Shown one piece after another: positions 27,325 to 35,448 of a DNA stretch of 64,000 bases. Both the position numbers and the translations under genes were made by a program. The DNA is from a candidate division WOR-3 bacterium. GTDB lineage: Bacteria > Hydrothermota > UBA3072. The DNA lies in the NCBI GenBank assembly GCA_016930175.1, contig JAFGHJ010000006.1:1160-65159 (forward strand). The letters run 5' to 3'. The notes beneath the pieces were generated by a model. The model saw only the letters and a list, made by a program, of their open reading frames with translations, was not told the origin of the DNA and did no database searches. Position 1 is the stretch's first letter; the number at the start of each line of letters is the position of its first letter.

Positions 27325-28272
27325 ATGAAATATCTTATTACGGGTGCGGCAGGTTTTATAGGTTCCAATATAACTCGAAGATTGTTGAAAGATAATTGTA
27401 AGGTGAGGGGTTTTGATAATTTCTCGACCGGTAGACGAGAAAATCTGGAGGATTTAAAGGGAAAAGATAACTTTAAACTTATAGAAGGGGATTTGAGGAA
27501 TCCTGCCGAAATAAGAGAAGCAGTCAAAAATATAGATATTATCTTACATGAAGCTGCCGTCCCTTCGGTACAACGCTCGTTAGAGAATCCTGTTTTGATT
27601 AACGAATCAAATATTAACGGTACTTTAAATTTATTGATAGCTGCAAGGGAAGCAGGTGTGAAAAAAGTGGTATATGCAAGTTCCTCTTCGATTTATGGTC
27701 TTAACAAAAAGTTACCCAAAATAGAAGCTATGCCTGCTGAACCTATTTCTCCTTATGCCCTTTCCAAATATACCGGCGAAAGATATTGCCAGATTTTTTA
27801 CGAAATATACAATTTACCTACAATATGCTTAAGGTACTTTAATGTTTTTGGTCCTTATCAAAACCCGGATTCAGAATATTCGGCAGCAATCCCTATATTC
27901 ATAAATCGAATACTAAAGGATAAGCAGCCAGTGATTTTCGGAGACGGTGAGCAATCTCGAGATTTCACTTATGTCGAAAATGTCGTGGAAGCTAACATCC
28001 TCGCCGCCAATTCTAAAGTAATGGGAGAAATTATAAACATCGCCTCTGGAGAAAGGATAACTATTAACGAGGTAGTGCACATATTGAATAAATTTTTAAA
28101 CAAAAAAACCGAACCAGTCTATAAAGAATCCAGGGTCGGCGAAGTTAAACATTCTTTAGCTGATATTAGTAAGGCAAGAGAGAAAATCGGATATTTCCCC
28201 AAGTTTAAGTTCATTGAGGGGTTGAGAAAGACTGTTGAATGGTATCAGACACGGGAAAAACAAATTTCTTGA
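27325..28272 (+). CDS. NAD-dependent nucleotide-sugar epimerase/dehydratase (SDR family)
   Basis: ITGAAGFIGSN and YALSK motifs. ATG 27325 (MKYLITGAAG) is preferred over the TTG at 27313. Confidence 0.85.
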   Translation: MKYLITGAAGFIGSNITRRLLKDNCKVRGFDNFSTGRRENLEDLKGKDNFKLIEGDLRNPAEIREAVKNIDIILHEAAVPSVQRSLENPVLINESNINGTLNLLIAAREAGVKKVVYASSSSIYGLNKKLPKIEAMPAEPISPYALSKYTGERYCQIFYEIYNLPTICLRYFNVFGPYQNPDSEYSAAIPIFINRILKDKQPVIFGDGEQSRDFTYVENVVEANILAANSKVMGEIINIASGERITINEVVHILNKFLNKKTEPVYKESRVGEVKHSLADISKAREKIGYFPKFKFIEGLRKTVEWYQTREKQIS

Positions 28273-28399
28273 TGGGTAAATTTACTTTCAAGATAAAACT
28301 ATATTACATCTCACCTATTACCCTTCAAAAATCACCGAAAGCTCGGTAAAAATTAAATGATAAGAATAGTAAAGTCTAGCAAGAAAAGAGTATAGATAA

Positions 28400-29626
28400 T
28401 TGAGCCTTATTAAATATACGCGATATAAAATAGTTTACTTTACTCCTCAATGGTTGAAGCGTTTAATTTATAATGTATGGAGATTATACTGGAAATTAAA
28501 AACAAAAGTATTACCGGATAAATATCACGTTGACCCCTATGCTGACGATGGCATCATACTTGTTAACCCTGAGAATATAATTTTTGCAATGAAGAAAGAA
28601 TTCGATGTTTTTAAATTCAAAGGAAGAGTTGTAAGCGGCAACTGGGACAAAGAAGTTATGGAATTTGAAAAGCTTGATTTTTTTACATCTTATAAGAAAA
28701 AATTTGAAGAAAAACTACAATGGGAAAATACCGAATATTATCAGAGAGTAGCAGAACAAATAAAAAATGGAAACTTCAAGTGGTCCTGTAAAAATGTGGA
28801 AGAATTCAATAAAAAGTGTGCAGAATGGGATAGACTGTTTGAGAAAATAAAAAAAGAAGGATATAAAAGGGGCTGGCATGAAGATGAAGTTTCAGTCAAC
28901 ATCGGTAGAAACGGTGAACTGATTTTCAATAATGGCAGACACAGGCTTACCTTTGCAAAATTACTAAAAACAGAGGAAATACCGGTAAAAGTAACATCTC
29001 GACATAAAGAGTGGGTAGCCTTCAAAAAAGAAATCCTTGAATATTCACTTAATAATAAAAATAGAGTCTACGAAAAATTAACTCACCCGGATCTCGCAAA
29101 CATCCCATCTGTACATAACGGCAGCAGATATGATATAATAAATGAACACTTAACGGTTGCAAAAGTTAAATTACTGGATATTGGCTGTCACTGGGGTTAT
29201 TTTTGTCATAAATTCGAAGAAGCAGGTTTTGAATGTTACTGTGTTGAAAAAAGCCAGTTAAATTTATATTTTTTGAAGAAATTAAAGGAGGCTGAAAACA
29301 GAAAATTCAAGATAATACCTCATTCAGTATTTGATATACAAAGTGATACTATCAGAGAGTGCGATGTTATTCTGGCCTTATCTGTATTTCACCATTTCAT
29401 AAAAAAAGAAAGCACATACAGAAAATTAATAAAATTTCTACAAATCCTAAAGGGGAAAGAAATGTTTTTTGAGCCACATAATCCAAGGGAACCTCAGATG
29501 AAAAAAGCTTATAGAAACTTTGTGGATGAAGATTTCGTGGCATTTATAATTGAAAATTCATCTTTTAACAATTTTAAAATCATAGGGTATTCAGAAGTGG
29601 GCAGACCAATTTATAAGATATATTAA
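28400..29626 (+). CDS. two-domain protein: central ParB/Srx-like region plus C-terminal class I SAM methyltransferase
   Basis: VSVNIGRNGELIFNNGRHRLTFAKLLKTEEIPVKV resembles the ParB/sulfiredoxin-fold core. LLDIGCHWGYF...VILALSVFHH resembles methyltransferase motifs I and post-II. The TTG start is uncertain. Confidence 0.55.
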   Translation: MSLIKYTRYKIVYFTPQWLKRLIYNVWRLYWKLKTKVLPDKYHVDPYADDGIILVNPENIIFAMKKEFDVFKFKGRVVSGNWDKEVMEFEKLDFFTSYKKKFEEKLQWENTEYYQRVAEQIKNGNFKWSCKNVEEFNKKCAEWDRLFEKIKKEGYKRGWHEDEVSVNIGRNGELIFNNGRHRLTFAKLLKTEEIPVKVTSRHKEWVAFKKEILEYSLNNKNRVYEKLTHPDLANIPSVHNGSRYDIINEHLTVAKVKLLDIGCHWGYFCHKFEEAGFECYCVEKSQLNLYFLKKLKEAENRKFKIIPHSVFDIQSDTIRECDVILALSVFHHFIKKESTYRKLIKFLQILKGKEMFFEPHNPREPQMKKAYRNFVDEDFVAFIIENSSFNNFKIIGYSEVGRPIYKIY

Positions 29627-29638
29627 TCTAAATTAGAA

Positions 29639-30799
29639 ATGCATAAAAAAAAGAGAATTTGTGTAATATCATTTAGTGACTTGAGAAAAGACCCCAGAGT
29701 ACGAAGACAAATTTTTGCTTTAAAAGATACATATGAGGTGACATCTTTAGGATTAAAAAAAAGCGGCATAAAAGGAATTGATGAGCTTATCATCCCGGAT
29801 CCTCGAACGTTTCTCAAGAAATTGAATAGTCGACTAACTTTTCTTTTAGCCAGATTGCTTATTTTTTTGTATAGAAATTACATAAAGAAAAAATACCCGA
29901 TAAAAGCTATACTTGACCTTACAAAAGAACGACGTTTTGATCTCATAGTGGCGAATGGCTTAGATTCTCTGGTAATTGCGCATTCAATTGCAGATAAAGA
30001 CGGAGCGAAAATATTATTCGACGCACACGAATATGAACCAAGAAGGATTGAAGATCACTGGTTCCACAAATTGTTTGTAAACCCATATAAAGATTTTCTA
30101 TGTAAGAGATATCTTCCTTTTATAGATGCAATGACAACATCTTCTTTCGGCTTCGCCAGGGAATATCACAAACAGTATGGCATTGAATCTGAAATAGTAA
30201 AGAATGTCCCAAGATACAAAAAATTTAGTTTGGGAGAAGTAACTTCAAATAATATAAAACTAATTCACCACGGATATGCACATCCAAGCAGAAAATTAGA
30301 ACAAATGCTCAAGCTTATGCCCTTACTTGAAAAAAGATTTAATTTAACCTTAATGTTGGTGGGAGAAAACAAGTATCTTAAACATCTAATGCGATTAAGC
30401 GCAAATTTGTGCCCGGAAAGAATAGTTTTTAAAAAACCGGTTTCCTTCGACAAAATAGTACCAACAATCGCAAAGCATGATGTTGGTTTGCTAATAATCG
30501 AACCGACTTCATTAAAGCTAAAATACGCTTTGCCTAATAAACTTTTCGAGTCTATAATGGCTGGCTTATGTGTCATCTCCGGGCCTTCTCCCGAGATGGT
30601 AAAAGTAATAAAGGAATATAATTGTGGTTTTGTCGCGGATTCCTTTAATATCAAAAATATCGCACAGATGATAAATTCTTTAACTGTAGAAGACATTAAA
30701 GAAAAGAAAAAAGCTTCTCTGGAAGCAGCTAAATTTTTAAACGCCGAGAATGAAATGGAAAAATTTTACAAAATAATTAGAAATTTGATAGGAGATTAA
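29639..30799 (+). CDS. putative GT-B fold glycosyltransferase
   Basis: 386-aa ORF in the glycan operon with PNKLFESIMAGLCVISG near the C-terminus. No firm family call. Confidence 0.5.
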   Translation: MHKKKRICVISFSDLRKDPRVRRQIFALKDTYEVTSLGLKKSGIKGIDELIIPDPRTFLKKLNSRLTFLLARLLIFLYRNYIKKKYPIKAILDLTKERRFDLIVANGLDSLVIAHSIADKDGAKILFDAHEYEPRRIEDHWFHKLFVNPYKDFLCKRYLPFIDAMTTSSFGFAREYHKQYGIESEIVKNVPRYKKFSLGEVTSNNIKLIHHGYAHPSRKLEQMLKLMPLLEKRFNLTLMLVGENKYLKHLMRLSANLCPERIVFKKPVSFDKIVPTIAKHDVGLLIIEPTSLKLKYALPNKLFESIMAGLCVISGPSPEMVKVIKEYNCGFVADSFNIKNIAQMINSLTVEDIKEKKKASLEAAKFLNAENEMEKFYKIIRNLIGD

Positions 30800-30800
30800 T

Positions 30801-31991
30801 GTGCAACAAAAACGAATTTTGATGTTAGGTCCTGTAGATTTTTCAATAGACGACGCTCCTAAAGTTCATTTTTCAAATTTAGCTAAAGAGTTCTCTAAAC
30901 TTGGCCTCGAAGTACTATGTGTGGTTTATGCTCCAAAAAAGTACACTATAAGTACGGTTGCAGATAAACCTAAAGTTGTTTTTGCGCCTAATCCACTCAG
31001 AGGAAACTTATTTCTTCGTACTCTTAAATATATATTTTTTATACCTGTATTACTATGGAATTTTTTAAAATTCGGCCCTTTTATAGTCTACTTCAGATTT
31101 TCTCCCCCTGCTTTTCTCTATTTACTATTTTTGAATTTAATAAAAATATTCTTCAACTTTAAAATAATTCTTGAATTTAACTCCTGGGTTCCCGAAGAAA
31201 GAGCAATAGAAGGCGAAGGGAAATTAAAGGTTAAATTTATTGATTTTCTGCAGTTAAAGAGCATTGCTCTGGTAGACCATGTGCGTGTAGTAACTCCCGG
31301 GATCAAAGATAAGATGAATTCCCTCGGAGTAGATTGTTGTAAGGTTGCCGTAATTGGAAACGGGACGGACATAAAACATTTTAAACCTATTAATAAAAAA
31401 GAAGCGAAAGAGAAAATTGGTCTTGAACCTGATTTTTTATACGTTGGATTTATAGGTAATTTTGCAGTCTGGCAGGGACTTAACTATCTGCTTCAAGCGA
31501 TACCGGAAGTTTTAAAATCGCATAAAGATGTTAAGTTCCTTCTCGTAGGAGATGGACCTGAAATGGCAAAGATTAGAAAAGCGGTTTTAGAATTAGAGAA
31601 AGAAAAAATCATACTCACAGGTAAAGTACCCTACCAGGAAACCAACTTATATATTAACGCATTTGATATCGGTGTTGCGCCTTTTATAAGAAAAAGAAAT
31701 GAAAGTATAGGTTTATCTCCTTTGAAAATACGTGATTACGCTGCCTGCGGGGTTCCTATCATTACTACCAGAATAAGAGGCTTAGAAATGGTAGAAGAGA
31801 AAAATATTGGGGTGCTAGTTCCGCCAAATGATTCCAGCGCCCTGTCGAACGCAATAATAAAACTAATCGAGAATCCGGATTTGAGGATTAGAATGGGTAG
31901 AAGAGGAAGAAAGGTCGCAAAAAAAGAGTTTTCATGGGAGAATGTCGCCAGGAAAATTCTGTATAAGATTGAAAAAGCCTCCCGCGCTTAA
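30801..31991 (+). CDS. family 4 glycosyltransferase
   Basis: GNFAVWQG and SPLKIRDYAACGVPIITT motifs and GT-B C-terminal domain layout. GTG start follows AGGAG. Confidence 0.75.
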   Translation: MQQKRILMLGPVDFSIDDAPKVHFSNLAKEFSKLGLEVLCVVYAPKKYTISTVADKPKVVFAPNPLRGNLFLRTLKYIFFIPVLLWNFLKFGPFIVYFRFSPPAFLYLLFLNLIKIFFNFKIILEFNSWVPEERAIEGEGKLKVKFIDFLQLKSIALVDHVRVVTPGIKDKMNSLGVDCCKVAVIGNGTDIKHFKPINKKEAKEKIGLEPDFLYVGFIGNFAVWQGLNYLLQAIPEVLKSHKDVKFLLVGDGPEMAKIRKAVLELEKEKIILTGKVPYQETNLYINAFDIGVAPFIRKRNESIGLSPLKIRDYAACGVPIITTRIRGLEMVEEKNIGVLVPPNDSSALSNAIIKLIENPDLRIRMGRRGRKVAKKEFSWENVARKILYKIEKASRA

Positions 31992-32098
31992 TATAAACCA
32001 CGAAATCAACAAAACACACTAAACTCCACCATTCCTTTTAAATTTGCGTTAAAAAAACACACGAAATAATGTTATCCAGTCAAAAAACGTTTAAAATC

Positions 32099-32126
32099 TT
32101 GACATATATTGTATTGAGCGTAACTT
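32099..32126 (+). promoter_or_regulatory. sigma70-type promoter for the wzm/wzt transcription unit
   Basis: TTGACA (32099-32104)-16 nt-TAACTT (32121-32126). The wzm ATG is 12 nt downstream with no SD. Confidence 0.4.
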
Positions 32127-32138
32127 AATAATGTTATT

Positions 32139-32981
32139 ATGAATAAAATAGTCACTTATGAACCGGATAATTCAATAAAAAAGGGATATATTTCTTTATG
32201 GAAGGAAATCATCTGGGAGCTGAAACATAATAAGTGGCTTACTCTACAGTTATTTAAACGAGATTTTTCCTCTATTTACAAACAATCTTTGATGGGTGTT
32301 TTTTGGGCTTTTATAGTCCCCTTAATAAGCGTGGGAACATTCATAATACTTAATCGCTCAGGTATCTTCGAATTTGGAGAAATAGAGGTGCCCTATCCTA
32401 TTTATGCGATATTGGGTATGGCTTTCTGGCAAGTGTTCTCGACAGGCTTAATAACCACATCGATTTCCCTGGTTAAAGCCGGCTCAATGCTGGTAAAAAT
32501 AAATTTTTCTAAAAAATCTCTTGTAATTGCATCCGCGGCCCAATCGTTAATACCGTTTATAGTACAGATGATATTAGTAGGGGTTTTATTTGTGGTTTAT
32601 CAGGTCTCCCCAAGCATAAAAATTCTGTTTTTCCCGTTCTTTATGATACCTATAATTTTCTTAACTCTCGGTTTAGGTTTCATTCTATCTCTCTCTAACA
32701 GTGTGGTTAGAGATATCAGTAGTGCCCTATCCGTTTTTATGACTTTTTTCATGTTCTTAACGCCTGTATTATACGCGAAACCTAAAATAGGTGCCCTTGC
32801 TCCCCTTACGAAATTCAATCCCATTTATTATCTGATCTCCATACCTAGGGAACTAATATTAAAGGGCACAATTAGCGAATGGAAGGGTTATTTGTTATCC
32901 GTTGGTTTTTCTTTCATTGTTTTTGGTGTGGGGCTGGTACTTTTTCATCTCACGGAAACCCGAATAACGGAGAGAATATAA
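32139..32981 (+). CDS. wzm: ABC-2 type polysaccharide export permease
   Basis: 280 aa with about 6 TM helices and an N-terminal LFKRDFSSIYKQSLMGVFW motif typical of Wzm/TagG/KpsM permeases. Confidence 0.85.
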   Translation: MNKIVTYEPDNSIKKGYISLWKEIIWELKHNKWLTLQLFKRDFSSIYKQSLMGVFWAFIVPLISVGTFIILNRSGIFEFGEIEVPYPIYAILGMAFWQVFSTGLITTSISLVKAGSMLVKINFSKKSLVIASAAQSLIPFIVQMILVGVLFVVYQVSPSIKILFFPFFMIPIIFLTLGLGFILSLSNSVVRDISSALSVFMTFFMFLTPVLYAKPKIGALAPLTKFNPIYYLISIPRELILKGTISEWKGYLLSVGFSFIVFGVGLVLFHLTETRITERI

Positions 32982-32991
32982 ATATGAAGAA

Positions 32992-33021
32992 GTTGAAAAG
33001 TTGAAGGGTCAAAGAGTTGAA
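32992..33021 (+). repeat. three GTTGAA motifs upstream of the four-helix-bundle gene
   Basis: GTTGAA at 32992, 33000 and 33016. The first two are 8 nt apart. The motif is the reverse complement of the TTCAAC core of the array at 33411-33444. Confidence 0.8.
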
Positions 33022-33043
33022 GAAAATAAAAAATCAAGAATAT

Positions 33044-33406
33044 ATGTTCCCCTTTGAGAAATTAGAAACCTGGCAGCTTGCAAAAGATTTAGCTATAAGT
33101 ATTTATAACATAAGTAAAAATTTCCCAATAGAAGAACAATATGGCTTGGTAAATCAGATAAAACGCGGAGTGATCTCAGTGGCTTCGAATTTGGCTGAAG
33201 GAAGTTCTCGTATTAGCAAAAAAGAACAAGCCCACTTTTCACAAATTTCATATAGCTCTTTAATGGAAGTGATGTGTCAATTAAATATTGCTCTGGAGCT
33301 AGGCTTTATCGAAGAAGAAGAATTTCAAAATTTACGCGAGAAGATAAGAACAGTATCAATCAAGATAAATGCTTTAAGGCGTTCACAGAGAGAAAGAATG
33401 AAATGA
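33044..33406 (+). CDS. four-helix-bundle protein (23S rRNA intervening-sequence protein / Avd-like family)
   Basis: MFPFEKLETWQLAKDL...QIKRGVISVASNLAEGSSR...SYSSLMEV resembles this family's hallmarks. ATG 33044 is preferred over the TTG at 33017. Its stop overlaps the wzt ATG as ATGA. Confidence 0.75.
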   Translation: MFPFEKLETWQLAKDLAISIYNISKNFPIEEQYGLVNQIKRGVISVASNLAEGSSRISKKEQAHFSQISYSSLMEVMCQLNIALELGFIEEEEFQNLREKIRTVSIKINALRRSQRERMK

Positions 33407-34698
33407 AAAACAATTCAACAATTCAACAATTCAACAATTCAACATCAAGTGAAATAGCAATTAAAGTTGAGAACGTTTCAAAAAAATACTGCAAATCTTT
33501 AAGAGGGTCTATGCTTTATGGCATGAAAGACATCGCCAGGAATTCTTTAGGCTTGAGTTCTAACTCTCATATTTTACGAAAAGACGAATTCTGGGCGGTA
33601 GACGATGTTTCTTTCGAAGTCAAAAAAGGAGAAACTTTAGGTATTATAGGAGCCAACGGAGCCGGCAAGACTACGATTCTAAAAATGTTGAATGGTATAT
33701 TTTGGCCGGATAAAGGTAAAATAACAATTAAAGGTAGAGTTGGCGCTTTGATTGCAGTTGGCGCGGGATTTCATCCGATGTTAACGGGAAGGGAGAATAT
33801 TTATCTAAATGGCGCAATACTGGGCATGAGTAGAAAAGAAGTCAATAAAAAATTTGGTGCAATAGTCGAATTTGCTGATATTGGGGATTTTTTAGACACC
33901 CCAGTAAAATTTTATTCCAGTGGTATGTTCGTCAGACTAGGCTTTTCCATTGCAGTACACTGTGAGCTAGATATATTATTGGTGGATGAGGTGCTGGCGG
34001 TGGGGGACCTTTCGTTTCAAAACAAAAGCCTTCGAAGATTAGCTGAGCTCCGAGAGAAAGCAAATGCTGTAGTCTTTGTCAGTCATAATTTGGAACACGT
34101 GAGAAATCTGTGCGACAGAGTTATGGTTTTGGATAAAGCTAAGATAGTATTCTCAGGAGATACTAATGAAGCTTTATCAGAGTACCACGAAAGGACACGT
34201 GAAAAGAAATTAATTGTTATTAAAAATAGAAAAGCTTTTCATTCAGCTTTACATCAATCTTCAGGGGACATAATTTTCGGTGACACAGGCATTTCAGACG
34301 AATCTGGTAACAGAACTGAGAAGATTAGACTTGGAGAAACACTTACAACTTTCTTTGAATTTGAAACAACAAAAAAACTTGAGGAACTCTTTTTTACAAT
34401 TGGGATTAGGGATGAAAGGAACTACAATTGTATAGTACATATAAGCGATTACGCCGATAAAATCAAATTTAGAAATATCTCGAAAGGTAAATACAGGTTA
34501 ATTGTGAAATTCATAACACCAAATTTGGTTCCCGGGTTGTACTTCCCTGTAATCGCTATAAGAAATGGAGTGACCAATGAAACCTATGAGAGAATATTTG
34601 ACTTAAAACCGTTTATCATTGAAGGTAATATACTCCCAAGAGGGATAGTATATACCGAAAGCGAATGGAAGTTATGCCCAATTTCAGAAAGAGATTAA
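33403..34698 (+). CDS. wzt: polysaccharide ABC exporter ATP-binding protein with a ~180-aa C-terminal extension
   Basis: Walker A GANGAGKTT, signature YSSGM, Walker B ILLVDE, then a beta-rich C-terminal domain. ATG 33403 is preferred because the conserved IAIKVENVSKKY block starts 17 codons later. The start at 33274 in the ORF track would overlap the upstream gene. Confidence 0.9.
   Translation: MKNNSTIQQFNNSTSSEIAIKVENVSKKYCKSLRGSMLYGMKDIARNSLGLSSNSHILRKDEFWAVDDVSFEVKKGETLGIIGANGAGKTTILKMLNGIFWPDKGKITIKGRVGALIAVGAGFHPMLTGRENIYLNGAILGMSRKEVNKKFGAIVEFADIGDFLDTPVKFYSSGMFVRLGFSIAVHCELDILLVDEVLAVGDLSFQNKSLRRLAELREKANAVVFVSHNLEHVRNLCDRVMVLDKAKIVFSGDTNEALSEYHERTREKKLIVIKNRKAFHSALHQSSGDIIFGDTGISDESGNRTEKIRLGETLTTFFEFETTKKLEELFFTIGIRDERNYNCIVHISDYADKIKFRNISKGKYRLIVKFITPNLVPGLYFPVIAIRNGVTNETYERIFDLKPFIIEGNILPRGIVYTESEWKLCPISERD
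33411..33444 (+). repeat. perfect tandem octanucleotide repeat, (CAATTCAA)x4 plus CA
   Basis: Units at 33411, 33419, 33427 and 33435, lying in codons 3-14 of wzt. Confidence 0.95.
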
Positions 34699-34704
34699 AA
34701 AACT

Positions 34705-35448
34705 GTGAGATTAATAAGATTAATTAGAAAAAGAAAGAGGGAATCTGATAAAACTCCAAAAGAAGAGCTAATAATTGATGAGCAATTAATCCAGGATTTG
34801 ATTGATTTCACAGGATTGAACAGGGATTACATAACGAAACATCTGAATAGAGTGGAAAATTGTACTTATGTTTATGAATATAAGGTGAGAAACCCGAAAA
34901 ATGATTCAGAATTGGATTGGTTTTACGTTACTAGTGAGAAGTATCTTTTCGCAAATATTGTTCACAAGCCCTGGGAACTGATAGATATGGTCCGCGGAGA
35001 GAAAATTCTTGACTACGGAGGTGGCGCTGGCACAGATACTTTCTATCTTACAGATAAGGGATATAATGTTCATTATTTTGATATTTCGATAACTCAAAGA
35101 GAATTTGTAAAATTTAGGAAGAATAAATACAAATTGGATAATTTGACCATTATCGAACCTTTTTTCAATTCAAAATTCGACCCGATAAACTGCATCACTG
35201 AAACTTATGATGGGATACTTGTTAGGAGCCTTCTTGAACATATTCCATATTACCCAAAATTAGTTGAACGTCTGATTTCAAAATTAAACGAGCATGGTAT
35301 TATATATGAAGCCTCGAAGTTTAGCAAATCAGAAAAAGACCCTATGCATATCTCTGAAAAAGAATCTTTGGAAGAAATTCTTAAAAGTCATAGAATGAAA
35401 TTAATATATCAGAAAGGTATTCATAGATGTTGGGAAAAACTAACTTAA
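34705..35448 (+). CDS. class I SAM-dependent methyltransferase
   Basis: ILDYGGGAGTDTFYL (motif I), YFDIS and ILVRSLLEHI. GTG start. Confidence 0.75.
   Translation: MRLIRLIRKRKRESDKTPKEELIIDEQLIQDLIDFTGLNRDYITKHLNRVENCTYVYEYKVRNPKNDSELDWFYVTSEKYLFANIVHKPWELIDMVRGEKILDYGGGAGTDTFYLTDKGYNVHYFDISITQREFVKFRKNKYKLDNLTIIEPFFNSKFDPINCITETYDGILVRSLLEHIPYYPKLVERLISKLNEHGIIYEASKFSKSEKDPMHISEKESLEEILKSHRMKLIYQKGIHRCWEKLT

Noticed and set aside
33274-33402. Upstream extension of wzt given in the ORF track (start at 33274)
   Set aside because: It would overlap the last 130 nt of the four-helix-bundle gene in another frame and encodes a basic low-complexity peptide. The conserved ATPase sequence begins shortly after ATG 33403, which forms an ATGA junction.
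33044-33406. Avd-like four-helix-bundle gene as a marker of a diversity-generating retroelement
   Set aside because: The window has no reverse transcriptase ORF and no template/variable repeat pair with adenine-specific differences. The gene is translationally coupled to wzt instead.
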